Source: Gaiellaceae bacterium
GTDB lineage: Bacteria; Actinomycetota; Thermoleophilia; Gaiellales; Gaiellaceae
Length of the DNA stretch: 51,865 nucleotides
Assembly (NCBI GenBank): GCA_035711645.1
Contig: DASTBX010000078.1
Span: forward strand, 1-51,865
Direction: 5' to 3'
The translations under genes were made by a program, and so were the position numbers. Below, one piece after another: positions 26,004-35,248 of this stretch; position 1 is the stretch's first letter, and every line of letters begins with the position of its first letter. The notes under the pieces were generated by a model. That model was not told where the DNA came from. It worked only from the letters and a program-made list of their open reading frames with translations, and did no database searches.

Positions 26004-26867
26004 GTGATCGAGGGCGCGCTCGCAGCGGCCGTGACGCCGCTCCGCGACGGCGGGGCCGAGGTCGACGAGGACGCCTTCGGACCGCTCGCCGACTTCCTCG
26101 CCGGGGGCGGCTTGAACGGCATCCTCGCGCTCGGCACGACGGGCGAGGGCATCCTCCTCTCCCCGTCCGAGCGGCGCCGGGTGGCCGACCTCTTCCTCGC
26201 CGCGTGCCGGGGCCGGCTCGACGTGGCCGTCCACTGCGGCGCGCAGTCGACCGTGGACACCGTCGCGCTCGCCGAGCACGCCGCCGCCGCGGGCGCCGAC
26301 GCCGTCGCGGTCATCGGCCCGCCGTACTTCCAGCTCGACGACGACGCCCTCCTCGCGCACTTCACGGCGGCCGCGGCCGCCTGCGCGCCGACGCCCTTCT
26401 ACGTCTACGAGTTCGCGCGCGTGAGCGGCTACGCGGTGCCGATCCGCGTCGTCGAGCGGCTTCGCGAGGCGGCGCCGAACCTCGCCGGCATGAAGGTCTC
26501 CGACGCTCCTTTCGAGCGGTTGGAGCCCTACCTGCTCGAGGGCCTCGACGTCTTCGTGGGAGCGGAGAGCCTGATCGGGGCGGGGATGCGGCGCGGGGCA
26601 CGCGGCTCGGTGTCCGCGCTTGCGACGGCGTTCCCCGAGCTCGTCGCGGGCGCCGTGCGCGAGCCGGGGCCCGAGCGGAGCGCGCACCTGGGCGAGCTGC
26701 GCGACGGCCTCGAGGGCTTTCCCCGCCACGCCGCGCTGAAGCGCGTCCTCGCCCTCCGCGGCGTGCCGGTACGGGAGGAGGTGCGCGCGCCGCTCCGCGG
26801 GCTCACCGACGAGGAGCGGGAGCGCCTCGACGCTCTCGTTCCCGGCTGGCTCGGCGTCGCGGCCTGA
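26004..26867 (+). CDS. dihydrodipicolinate synthase/N-acetylneuraminate lyase family aldolase
   Basis: AAVTPL...GLNGILALGTTGEG..LS..ER, and Schiff-base lysine context LAGMKVSD. Confidence 0.85.
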   Translation: MIEGALAAAVTPLRDGGAEVDEDAFGPLADFLAGGGLNGILALGTTGEGILLSPSERRRVADLFLAACRGRLDVAVHCGAQSTVDTVALAEHAAAAGADAVAVIGPPYFQLDDDALLAHFTAAAAACAPTPFYVYEFARVSGYAVPIRVVERLREAAPNLAGMKVSDAPFERLEPYLLEGLDVFVGAESLIGAGMRRGARGSVSALATAFPELVAGAVREPGPERSAHLGELRDGLEGFPRHAALKRVLALRGVPVREEVRAPLRGLTDEERERLDALVPGWLGVAA

Positions 26868-26975
26868 GCCGCGCCCTAGGAGTCCGGCTCCCGTCCACGA
26901 TCTCGCCGGCACGGGCGCCGAGTGGACGGATGCGCTTCGGCGAATAGGGGGAAGCAGCTGTGGGGCCCGGATCGA

Positions 26976-26999
26976 CCCGCCGGGGCCGCAACCGGCGGG
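26976..26999 (+). terminator. GC-rich hairpin (8-bp stem cccgccgg/ccggcggg, 8-nt loop) downstream of the aldolase gene
   Basis: Perfect inverted repeat read directly from the sequence. No U-tract, so terminator function is uncertain. Confidence 0.35.
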
Positions 27000-27030
27000 T
27001 GCTCGTCCGGGCCTTCCCTACCTTCCTAGA

Positions 27031-28167
27031 GTGAGGCGGCTGCGGAAACCTTGCGCCGGGCGTGGAACTCGCCCGATCGGGAAAGACCGTGGCGTGGCGG
27101 GCCGAGCCGACACCGAGCGCGACCTCGAGCGCCTCTACCGCATGCACAGGCGCGACGTCTACCGCTCGGTGCTGCGGAGCGTCCGCAATCCGGACGAGGC
27201 CGAGGACGTCACGCAGATCGCCTTCCTCGACGCCTACCGCGCGCTCCAGCGCGGCGACGAGCCCGAGCGTCCGCGCGCGTGGCTCCTCACGATCGCCCAG
27301 AACGTCGCGCGGCGGCGCTACGCGCGCAGCACCGCGGCGCCGCGGGAGGTCGAGCTCGTCGCCGAGGCGCTCGTCGCCCCCGACGAGCACGGGCCGACCG
27401 CCGGCGACATCAGGCGCGCCTTCGAGCAGCTGGGCGCCAGACAGCGGGAGGCGCTCGTCCTGCGCGAGATCGCCGGGCGCTCGTACCGCGAGATCGCGGC
27501 CGCGCTCGACCTCTCCGTGCCGGCCGTCGAGACGCTCCTCTTCCGCGCCCGGCGTGCGTTCCGCCAGGCCCTCGCCGGCGGCGAGGCCGTCCGCGCGGGA
27601 CGGCGGACGCTCGCCGGCCTCCTGGCGCTGGCAGTCCCGACCGGGGCGCGCGAGGCTGCCGCGTCGGCCGGAGGCTGGCTCGTGGCTCGCGGGGCGACCG
27701 CGAAGCTGGCCGGCGGCCTGGCCGCGACCGCGCTCGGAACGGGGCTCGTCGTCCACTCGGCGCCCCAAGTCCTCGGCGGGGCGGAGGAGCCGTCCGCGCG
27801 CACTGCGGTCGCTCCGGCCGGGGCGCGCGACGCGACGTCGCCCGCCGTCCGGGCCGCGGCCGCCGCGGCGACTAAGTCGCGTCCTGCACGTAAGGGGAAG
27901 GCCGCCGCTCCGAAGGCGGCGCGACCCGCACGGGAGCCGCGCGCCGACGCGCCGGAGCAGACGAGCCAGGAGACGAGCCCGCCCGTGGTCCCGGTCTCGG
28001 CTGTCGAGGAGGCGGCGGCGCCCGCTGTCGGCGTCGTCGGAGCCGCAGCGGGCGGAGCGAAGGAGGCCACCGCCCCGGTCGCCGACGCGGCCGCCGACGT
28101 GCTCGAGGAGGCGCCCGAGCCGCCGGAGCTCCCCGGCGTCGATTCCGTCTCCGCGCAGCTGCCGTAA
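27031..28167 (+). CDS. ECF-type sigma-70 factor fused to a C-terminal hydrophobic/Ala-Pro-rich extension (alternative start GTG 27094)
   Basis: Region 2 (LYRMHRRDVYRSVLRSV...AEDVTQIAFLDAYRAL) and region 4 (REALVLREIAGRSYREIAAALDLSVPAVETLLFRAR) are followed by about 200 further in-frame codons with high GC3. Confidence 0.8.
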   Translation: MRRLRKPCAGRGTRPIGKDRGVAGRADTERDLERLYRMHRRDVYRSVLRSVRNPDEAEDVTQIAFLDAYRALQRGDEPERPRAWLLTIAQNVARRRYARSTAAPREVELVAEALVAPDEHGPTAGDIRRAFEQLGARQREALVLREIAGRSYREIAAALDLSVPAVETLLFRARRAFRQALAGGEAVRAGRRTLAGLLALAVPTGAREAAASAGGWLVARGATAKLAGGLAATALGTGLVVHSAPQVLGGAEEPSARTAVAPAGARDATSPAVRAAAAAATKSRPARKGKAAAPKAARPAREPRADAPEQTSQETSPPVVPVSAVEEAAAPAVGVVGAAAGGAKEATAPVADAAADVLEEAPEPPELPGVDSVSAQLP

Positions 28168-28180
28168 AGCCGCGCGAGGG

Positions 28181-29743
28181 CTACATGCGGAAGACGCCGA
28201 AGGTCGTCTGGGGGATGGGCGCGTTCAGCGCCGCCGAGATCCCGAGGGCGAGGACCTTGCGCGTGTCGAGCGGGTCGATGATCCCGTCGTCCCAGAGCCG
28301 CGCGGTCGAGTAGTACGGGTTTCCCTCGCGCTCGTACTTCTCCCGGACCTCCTCCGGATCGGCGCGCCCGACCGTCGAGAGCACCATGGCCGCCTGCTCC
28401 CCGCCCATGACGGAGATGCGGGCGTTCGGCCACATCCAGAGCTGCCGCGGCGCGTACGCGCGTCCGCACATGCCGTAGTTGCCGGCGCCGAACGAGCCGC
28501 CGACGATGACGGTGAGCTTCGGCACCTGGGCGCAGGCGACCGCGGTGACGAGCTTCGCGCCGTCCTTCGCGATCCCGCCCGCCTCGTACTCGCGGCCGAC
28601 CATGAACCCGGTGATGTTCTGGAGGAAGACGAGCGGGACGCGCCGCTTGCACGCGAGCTGGACGAAGTGCGCGCCCTTGAGCGCCGACTCCGAGAAGAGG
28701 ACGCCGTTGTTCGCGAGGATCGCCACCGGGTAGCCCTCGATCCGGGCAAAGCCGCAGACGAGCGTATCGCCGTAGAGCGGCTTGAACTCGTGCAGGCGGC
28801 TGCCGTCGACGAGCCGGGCGATCAGCTCGCGGACGTCGTAGAGCTTCGCGTAGTCCGTCGGCACGATCCCGTAGAGCTCCTCCGGGTCGTAGAGCGGCTG
28901 CTCGGCCGGCGCGACGTCCCAGGGCGGCTCGGGCTTCTTCCGGCTCAGGTTGCGGACGATCTGGCGGGCGAGGGCGAGGGCGTGCTCGTCGCTGACGGCG
29001 TAGTGGTCGGTGACGCCGGAGACGCGCGAGTGGACGTCGGCGCCGCCGAGCTCCTCGGCCGTCACCTCCTCGCCGGTGGCCGCCTTCACGAGCGGCGGCC
29101 CGCCGAGGAAGATCGTGCCCGTCCCGCGCACGATCACCGTCTCGTCGCTCATCGCGGGCACGTAGGCGCCGCCGGCCGTGCACGAGCCCATGACGACCGC
29201 CACCTGCGGAATGCCCTTGGAAGACATGACCGCCTGGTTGAAGAAGATGCGCCCGAAGTGGTCGCGGTCGGGGAAGACCTCGTCCTGCATGGGCAAGAAG
29301 GCGCCGCCCGAGTCGACGAGGTAGAGGCACGGCAGCCGGTTCTGCTCGGCCACCTCCTGCGCGCGGAGGTGCTTCTTCACCGTCAGCGGGAAGTACGTGC
29401 CGCCCTTCACGGTCGCGTCGTTCGCGACGACCACGCACTCGACCCCCTCGACGACGCCGATGCCGGTCACGAGCCCGGCGCCCGGGGCCTCGCCGCCGTA
29501 GAGGTCCCAGGCGGCGAGCGCGTTCAGCTCCAGGAACGCCGTCCCCGGGTCGAGCAGCCGCTCGACGCGCTCGCGCGCGGGCAGCTTGCCGCGCTCCCGG
29601 TGCCGCTCGAGCGTCCCGGGCGGGCGCGCCGTCGCCGCCTCCTCGGTACGCTCGCGCAGCTCCTCGACGAGCGCCTCCATGCGCGCCCGGTTGGCGGCGT
29701 AGTCGTCAGCCGCGCGGTCGGCTCTCGTGTCGAGGACGGCCAA
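28181..29743 (-). CDS. acyl-CoA carboxylase carboxyltransferase (beta) subunit, methylcrotonyl-CoA carboxylase-like
   Basis: [42 protein letters not shown], and [18 protein letters not shown] start. Confidence 0.9.
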   Translation of the reverse strand: MAVLDTRADRAADDYAANRARMEALVEELRERTEEAATARPPGTLERHRERGKLPARERVERLLDPGTAFLELNALAAWDLYGGEAPGAGLVTGIGVVEGVECVVVANDATVKGGTYFPLTVKKHLRAQEVAEQNRLPCLYLVDSGGAFLPMQDEVFPDRDHFGRIFFNQAVMSSKGIPQVAVVMGSCTAGGAYVPAMSDETVIVRGTGTIFLGGPPLVKAATGEEVTAEELGGADVHSRVSGVTDHYAVSDEHALALARQIVRNLSRKKPEPPWDVAPAEQPLYDPEELYGIVPTDYAKLYDVRELIARLVDGSRLHEFKPLYGDTLVCGFARIEGYPVAILANNGVLFSESALKGAHFVQLACKRRVPLVFLQNITGFMVGREYEAGGIAKDGAKLVTAVACAQVPKLTVIVGGSFGAGNYGMCGRAYAPRQLWMWPNARISVMGGEQAAMVLSTVGRADPEEVREKYEREGNPYYSTARLWDDGIIDPLDTRKVLALGISAALNAPIPQTTFGVFRM

Positions 29744-29744
29744 G

Positions 29745-29891
29745 CTAGGCGGTCGGGAGCGGCAGCCGGCCGATGATCGCCTTGATCGCGCGGAGGATGT
29801 ACGCCTCCTCGTGCCCGAAGTCCTCGAGGTAGGAGACGAGCGCCGCCCGCACGAGCCGCAGCTCCTCGTCGTCGAGCTCGATCGTGTGCAT
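29745..29891 (-). CDS. uncalled small ORF (48 aa) coupled to the carboxyltransferase gene
   Basis: Translation is [48 protein letters not shown]. Every codon has G/C at position 3. The stop TAG ends 1 nt before the TTG start of the downstream gene. Confidence 0.5.
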   Translation of the reverse strand: MHTIELDDEELRLVRAALVSYLEDFGHEEAYILRAIKAIIGRLPLPTA

Positions 29892-29977
29892 GGCCGTAGC
29901 CTACGCCCTCGGCGCGACGCGCAGCCCCTGGAAATTCGTGCCGTTCCTCGTTACGGTTCGAGTCGAGGGGAGTAGCC

Positions 29978-30913
29978 ATGCGGCCGGGTTGCGTGCTCAT
30001 CGGGGTCTTGCTCGTGCTGACCGTCGTCCCTGCGGCGACGGCGAAGCGCTTCGTCGGCAACGCCCGCGACAACCGGATCGTGGGCACACAGGCGCGGGAC
30101 ACCATCTTCGGGCGCCGGGGAGACGACGTCCTCTCCGGGCGCGCCGGTCGCGACCGGATCGACGGCGAGGAGGGCAACGACGTCGTCCTCGGCGGCGGCG
30201 GGCGGGACACGCTCTTGGGGCGCGGCCTCGACGACACGCTCGACGGCGGCCCGCGCATCGACACGATCTACGCCGGCTACGGCTCGGACGTCATCTCCGG
30301 AGGCGGCGGCAACGACCTCATCTACGCCGACGAGCGCGACGAACGCCTCGACTCGATCGACTGCGGTCCCGGCAACGACCGGGTGATCCTCCGGCGGGGC
30401 GACCGCGCCTTCAACTGCGAGACGATCGTGCGGCGGCGGGGGCCGCGGCTGCCGGGCAGGTATCTGTCTGGAGGTGCCGGCAACGATACGTGGCAAGCGC
30501 AGTTCGGAACGGTCGAGCGCGAGCTCTATGCCGGCCTGGGCGGGAGCGACCGCATCCGCGCCCTGGCAGGCAACGACGTCCTCTGGGGCAACAACGGCCG
30601 CGACACGCTCGAGGGAGGCCACGGCCGCGACTGGCTGCTCGGCGGCAGGGGCAACGACGGGCTCTACGGAGGGACCGGCCGTGACCGGCTCTGGGGCGGC
30701 ATGGGCACCGACCGCCTCAATGGCAACGCTATCTTCGAAGACAGCCCCAACACGTTCGACGACGAAATGCCTGACCTCCTCTTCGCGGTCGAGGACGACG
30801 GCCGGGTCGACATCGTCGTCTGCGGCCGGGGCGACCGCGCCGTCGTCCGGAGGAACGATCGCGTCCGGAACGGCTCCTTGTGCGCGCGGATCATCCGCAT
30901 CCCGCGCGGCTAA
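29978..30913 (+). CDS. secreted calcium-binding repeat protein (hemolysin/RTX-type GGxGxD nonapeptides)
   Basis: Signal peptide MRPGCVLIGVLLVLTVVPAATA. Runs of G.GNDVL.GG.GRD.L.G repeats. SD GAGGGGAG upstream. Confidence 0.8.
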   Translation: MRPGCVLIGVLLVLTVVPAATAKRFVGNARDNRIVGTQARDTIFGRRGDDVLSGRAGRDRIDGEEGNDVVLGGGGRDTLLGRGLDDTLDGGPRIDTIYAGYGSDVISGGGGNDLIYADERDERLDSIDCGPGNDRVILRRGDRAFNCETIVRRRGPRLPGRYLSGGAGNDTWQAQFGTVERELYAGLGGSDRIRALAGNDVLWGNNGRDTLEGGHGRDWLLGGRGNDGLYGGTGRDRLWGGMGTDRLNGNAIFEDSPNTFDDEMPDLLFAVEDDGRVDIVVCGRGDRAVVRRNDRVRNGSLCARIIRIPRG

Positions 30914-31005
30914 GGCTTACTAGGGCTTTACAGAAGCGCCATGGCTTCCTCACAGGGCGGTGGTTGGCTTCCGTCCGCAGGTCACCCTCCTGGAAAGGAA
31001 CGTCC

Positions 31006-31902
31006 GTGCAGCGCACACTCCTCCTCCTCGCAGCGGCCGCGCTCACCGGGCTGGCGCTCGCGCCGGCCGCCTCCGCCAGGGTCATCGTCGGCACGGCCGG
31101 CGACGACACGCTCGCCGGCACCGAGAGGCGCGACTTCGTCTACGGCCGCGCCGGGGCCGACACGATCGCCGGCAACGGCGGCTCCGACCTCCTCTTCGGC
31201 CAGCGCGGCGGCGACACGGTCTCCGGCGACGACGGCCGCGACCTCCTCTGGGGCGGTCCCGGCAACGACACGCTCGAGGGCGGCGCCGGCCCCGACGAGC
31301 TCGATGCCGGCCGCGGCGCCGACTCGCTCGAGGGCGGGCCGGGCGACGACCTCCTCCGCGCGCGTCAGAACGACCGTGCTCCCGACGTCCTCGACTGCGG
31401 CGAGGGCACGGATCGCGCCGTCATCCGGGCGGGGGACGTCGCGGTGGACTGCGAGCGCGTCCGCACGCTCCCGGCGCGGAGGCACCGCATCGTCTTCCAG
31501 CGCGGGACGAACGGCGACGACACGCTCACGGGGAGCGAGAAGCGCGACTTCGTGCTCGCGCGCGCCGGAGACGACACGGTCTCGGCCCTGGCCGGCAGCG
31601 ACCTCCTCTTCGGCCAGCGCGGCGACGACTCGCTCGACGGCGGCGACGGCCGCGACTACCTCTGGGGCGGCGCGGGAGACGACGACCTCGAGGGCGGCGC
31701 CGGCCCCGACTCGCTGTGGGGCGGCTGGGGCGCCGACGAGCTCTTCGGCGGCGACGGGAACGACCGCCTGCACGCCGCCGCGGACGACGGCGCCGCCGAC
31801 CTGCTCGACTGCGGCGAGTCGGACGGCGACCGCGACCGCGCCGTGCTCCGGACCGGCGACACGGCCGTGGGCTGCGAGCGCGTCCGCACGCTCGCGGACT
31901 AG
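31006..31902 (+). CDS. secreted calcium-binding repeat protein, paralogue of the preceding gene (two internal modules)
   Basis: GTG 31006 follows AAAGGAA. Signal peptide LLLLAAAALTGLALAPAASA. GGxGxD repeats. Each half ends in DCGEG.DRAV.R.GD.AV.CERVRTL. Confidence 0.8.
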   Translation: MQRTLLLLAAAALTGLALAPAASARVIVGTAGDDTLAGTERRDFVYGRAGADTIAGNGGSDLLFGQRGGDTVSGDDGRDLLWGGPGNDTLEGGAGPDELDAGRGADSLEGGPGDDLLRARQNDRAPDVLDCGEGTDRAVIRAGDVAVDCERVRTLPARRHRIVFQRGTNGDDTLTGSEKRDFVLARAGDDTVSALAGSDLLFGQRGDDSLDGGDGRDYLWGGAGDDDLEGGAGPDSLWGGWGADELFGGDGNDRLHAAADDGAADLLDCGESDGDRDRAVLRTGDTAVGCERVRTLAD

Positions 31903-31928
31903 GGGTCAAGCGCGTGCGGAAGAGGCGG

Positions 31929-31947
31929 GGCCCGCACTGCGCGGGCC
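31929..31947 (+). terminator. hairpin ggcccgc-actgc-gcgggcc, 27 nt after the stop of the repeat-protein gene
   Basis: 7-bp perfect GC stem. No U-tract. Confidence 0.35.
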
Positions 31948-32026
31948 TCGCCCGTTCGCCGCCGGATCGGCACGTCCTGCGCGACTCACGGCACGATCCG
32001 CGCGCCACGTGCGCGGAGTTTCCCGC

Positions 32027-32062
32027 TAGCCTCGAAGGCGGGTGGTGGGCTGGGGTGCCCCG
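32027..32062. repeat. 36-nt G-rich repeat, copy B (identical to 16055-16090)
   Basis: Same 36 nt in the same orientation, located 23 nt 3' of the trpA stop (minus strand). Confidence 0.9.
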
Positions 32063-32085
32063 AAGGAGATAGACGCGAGCGTGGG

Positions 32086-32811
32086 TCAGGCAGGAACCGG
32101 AGCGGCGTCGATCGCCGCGCGGAGCGAGGCGACGAACTCCGTGAGGCCGGCGGCGCCGGCCTCCTCCGCGACCTGGATCGCGCGGCTCCCGACGACGATC
32201 CCGTCGGCAAGCGCGGCGGCCGCGGCCGCGTGCTCGGGCGTCGAGATCCCGAAGCCCACAAGGAGCGGCACGCCCGTGACGGCGCGCGCCCGCTCGACGA
32301 GGCCCTCGAGCTGTGTCGAGACCGTGGTGCGGGCGCCGGTCGTGCCCGTGAGAGAGACGAGGTAGAGCCAGCCGTCGGTGCGCTCGGCGGCCTGGCGGAT
32401 CCGCTCCTCGGTGGAGGTCGGGGCGACGAGCTGGACGCGCGGGATCTCGGGCGCCGCCTCGAGCGGCAGGTCGGCGACGATGAGGCTCGTGGCGCCGGCC
32501 GTGCGCGCGTCCGCCCAGAACCGCTCGTAGCCGTAGGCCTCGAGGATGGACGCGTACGTCATCGGGATGAGCGGGACGTCTGGGCCCACCAGCCGCCGGG
32601 TCTCCGCGAGGCACTCGAGGCACCGCTGCGTCCGCATGCCGCGCTCGAGCGCCCGCTCGCCCGCGAGGCGGATGACGGGGCCGTCGGCGAGCGGGTCGGA
32701 GAAGGGGAAGCCGATCTCGAGCAGGTCGGCGCCGCCGGCCACGGCGGCCTCGGCGAGCGCCGGCGTCTCCGGGAGCGCCATCAAGTAGACGGAGAGGCGC
32801 TTAGCGGCCAT
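32086..32811 (-). CDS. trpA: tryptophan synthase alpha chain
   Basis: [17 protein letters not shown], and GFGISTPEH. The start overlaps the trpB end by 11 nt. Confidence 0.9.
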   Translation of the reverse strand: MAAKRLSVYLMALPETPALAEAAVAGGADLLEIGFPFSDPLADGPVIRLAGERALERGMRTQRCLECLAETRRLVGPDVPLIPMTYASILEAYGYERFWADARTAGATSLIVADLPLEAAPEIPRVQLVAPTSTEERIRQAAERTDGWLYLVSLTGTTGARTTVSTQLEGLVERARAVTGVPLLVGFGISTPEHAAAAAALADGIVVGSRAIQVAEEAGAAGLTEFVASLRAAIDAAPVPA

Positions 32812-33931
32812 GGGAGAGGACGACGGCGAGATCCTTGTCGCCGCGCCCCGAGAGACACACGACGACGAGCTCCGCGTCCAGCTCCAGCGCGCGGGCGAGC
32901 GCGTGCGCGGGCTCCAGGGCCGCGATGATCCCTTCCCGCTCGGCGAGCAGGTGGAGGGCGGCCAGCGCCTCTTCGTCCGTCGCGGGCACGTACTCCGCGC
33001 GGCCCGTGTCGCGCAGGTGGGCGTGCTCGGGCCCGACACCGGGGTAGTCGAGCCCGGCGGAGATGGAGTGCGCGTCCGCCACCTGGCCGTCCTCGTCGGC
33101 GAGGATCGACGAGCGGGCGCCGTGGAGAACGCCCGGCCTCCCTGTGCCGAGGCTGGCGGCGCCCGCCGCCTCGACGCCGACGAGGCGAACGGCATCGTCC
33201 GCGAGGAAGCCGGCGAAGATGCCGATCGCGTTCGAGCCGCCCCCCACGCAGGCGACGACCACGTCAGGAAGCCGGCCCTCCGCGTCGAGGATCTGCCCGC
33301 GCGCCTCGCGTCCGATCACCGCCTGGAGCTCGCGCACGATCTCCGGGTAGGGGTGGGGCCCGACGCACGAGCCGATCAGGTAGTGCGTCGTCTCGACGTT
33401 CGTGATCCAGTCGCGGATCGCCTCGCTCGTTGCCTCCTTCAGCGTGCGCGTGCCGAACTCGACGGGGCGAACCTCGGCGCCGAGGAGGCCCATGCGCTCG
33501 ACGTTCGGCCTCTGGCGGGCCATGTCCTCGGAGCCCATGTACACGACGCACTGGAGCCCGAAGCGGGCGCAGACTGTGGCCGCCGCGACGCCGTGCTGGC
33601 CCGCGCCCGTCTCGGCGACGATCCGGTGCTTGCCCAGGCGGCGGGCGACGAGCGCCTGGCCGACGGCGTTGTTGATCTTGTGCGCGCCCGTGTGGCAGAG
33701 ATCCTCCCGCTTCAGGTAGATGCGGCGTCCGTCGCCGATCCGCTCGGCGCGGTAGAGCGGCGTGGGCCGGCCGACGTAGGTGGCCTGCAGGTGCGCGAGC
33801 TCGTCGTGGAAGGAGGCGTCGTCGCGGATCTCGGCCCAGCCGCGCTCGAGCTCGTCGAGCGCCGGCACGAGCATCTCCGGGACGTACCGGCCCCCGTAGG
33901 CGCCGAAGAGCCCGCGCTCGGCGACGCTCAC
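32801..33931 (-). CDS. trpB: tryptophan synthase beta chain
   Basis: PLP-lysine motif [17 protein letters not shown], and [13 protein letters not shown] 33931 overlaps the trpC/F stop (GTGA). Confidence 0.95.
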   Translation of the reverse strand: MSVAERGLFGAYGGRYVPEMLVPALDELERGWAEIRDDASFHDELAHLQATYVGRPTPLYRAERIGDGRRIYLKREDLCHTGAHKINNAVGQALVARRLGKHRIVAETGAGQHGVAAATVCARFGLQCVVYMGSEDMARQRPNVERMGLLGAEVRPVEFGTRTLKEATSEAIRDWITNVETTHYLIGSCVGPHPYPEIVRELQAVIGREARGQILDAEGRLPDVVVACVGGGSNAIGIFAGFLADDAVRLVGVEAAGAASLGTGRPGVLHGARSSILADEDGQVADAHSISAGLDYPGVGPEHAHLRDTGRAEYVPATDEEALAALHLLAEREGIIAALEPAHALARALELDAELVVVCLSGRGDKDLAVVLSHGR

Positions 33932-35100
33932 GCGCGTACCGCCTCCGGGGCGCGGACGGCGTCGACGAAGGCGCGCACTCGGGCGTGGTCCTTGACCCCC
34001 GGCGCCGCTTCGAGGCTGCGGCTCGCGTCCACCGCCCACGGGCCGACGGCCTCGGCGGCGGCGGCGACGTTCTCCGGGGTCAGGCCGCCGGCGAGCACGA
34101 CGCGGCCCTCGACCCGGGACGCGCGGCGCCAGTGCTCCTCGTCCTCGCCCAGCCAGGGCAGGTCGAGCACCGTCGCGACCGGCTCGCCGCCGCGCAGGAG
34201 CGTGCCGTCGCGGCCGCGGTGGCCGCTCTCCTCCGGGTAGAGCTGCACCAGGTCCGTGCCGGCGTCCTCCGCCTCGCCGACGAAGACGGCGACGGAGAGC
34301 ATCGTGTCCGGGACCGGCAGCGGCGCCTCCGCACGGCGCGGGCTCTCGGCGAGGACGAAGCCCGCCAGGTCTGCGCCGGCCTCGGCGGCGGCGTCCACGT
34401 CCTCGGAGCGGGTGAGGCCGCAGACCTTGACGAGGGGCCGGGCGAGGACCTCGGCGAGCTTGGCCGCCGGGTCGGTCGCGCGCATGAGGGCGGAGCCGAT
34501 CAGGACGGCATCGGCGCCGGCGAGCTCCGCCTCGGCGCCCTGCGCCCGGCTCGAGACGGCGCTCTCGGCGACGAGGACGCGGTCACGCGGGGCCCTCGCG
34601 ACGAGGTCGAGCTGCGCCGCGCGGTCGATCGCGAACGTCTCCAGATCGCGGGCGTTGATTCCGATCACGTCGGCTCCGAGCGCGACGGCCCGCTCGAGCT
34701 CCTCGGCGTCGTGCGCCTCGACGAGCAGGTCGAGCTCGAGCGTCCGCCCGCCGGCGAGCAGCAGGCGCGCCTGCTCGTCGTTCAGGTCGCGGAGGAGGAG
34801 GAGAGCTGCGTCGGCGCCGGCGACCCGCGCCTGGAGCAGGTCGCCCTGGTCGCGGAAGAAGCCCTTCGCCAGGAGCGGCGCGCCCGTCGCCGCCCGGGCA
34901 GCCTGGAGGTCGGCGAACGACCCGCCGAAGCGCTCGTCCACGAGGATGGAGACGGCCGCTGCGCCACTCTCCTCGAAGGCTCTGGCGAGCGCCGCGGCGT
35001 CCGCGTCGGGCCGCAGGTCGCCCGCCGACGGCGACCGCCGCTTCACCTCCGCGATCGCCGCGAGCCCGGGACCTGCGAGCGCGTCGCGAAAGCGCCCCAT
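33928..35100 (-). CDS. trpC: fused indole-3-glycerol-phosphate synthase / phosphoribosylanthranilate isomerase
   Basis: The N-terminal half has [12 protein letters not shown] and INARDL (IGPS). The C-terminal half has [30 protein letters not shown] (PRAI). Confidence 0.9.
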   Translation of the reverse strand: MGRFRDALAGPGLAAIAEVKRRSPSAGDLRPDADAAALARAFEESGAAAVSILVDERFGGSFADLQAARAATGAPLLAKGFFRDQGDLLQARVAGADAALLLLRDLNDEQARLLLAGGRTLELDLLVEAHDAEELERAVALGADVIGINARDLETFAIDRAAQLDLVARAPRDRVLVAESAVSSRAQGAEAELAGADAVLIGSALMRATDPAAKLAEVLARPLVKVCGLTRSEDVDAAAEAGADLAGFVLAESPRRAEAPLPVPDTMLSVAVFVGEAEDAGTDLVQLYPEESGHRGRDGTLLRGGEPVATVLDLPWLGEDEEHWRRASRVEGRVVLAGGLTPENVAAAAEAVGPWAVDASRSLEAAPGVKDHARVRAFVDAVRAPEAVRA

Positions 35101-35113
35101 CAGCGTCCTCGGC

Positions 35114-35140
35114 GGCCGCGGCCGGGGTCAGACCCCTGAC
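35114..35140. repeat. 27-nt hairpin-containing repeat, copy 1, in the trpD-trpC/F spacer
   Basis: ggccgcggccggggtcagacccctgac is 25/27 identical to 35217-35243. It contains two overlapping palindromes, gggg-tcaga-cccc and gtcag-accc-ctgac. Confidence 0.85.
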
Positions 35141-35216
35141 CGGTCTCGAGGCGACATGTCACCCTGTCGGTGCAGGGATTTCCTGAGGCGAACACGGGAA
35201 TGACCTCGCCCCGCAA

Positions 35217-35243
35217 GGCCACGGCTGGGGTCAGACCCCTGAC
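35217..35243. repeat. 27-nt hairpin-containing repeat, copy 2, in the trpD-trpC/F spacer
   Basis: ggccacggctggggtcagacccctgac, 103 nt from copy 1 in the same orientation. Confidence 0.85.
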
Positions 35244-35248
35244 GTGGC

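Noticed and set aside
16055-32062. The 16-kb segment bounded by the perfect 36-nt direct repeats, considered as a genomic island with att sites.
   Set aside because: There is no integrase, recombinase, tRNA or mobility gene. The content is housekeeping (pepA, pdxH, carboxylase subunits) with the same codon bias as the flanks. The repeats are better explained as a dispersed 3'-flank element.
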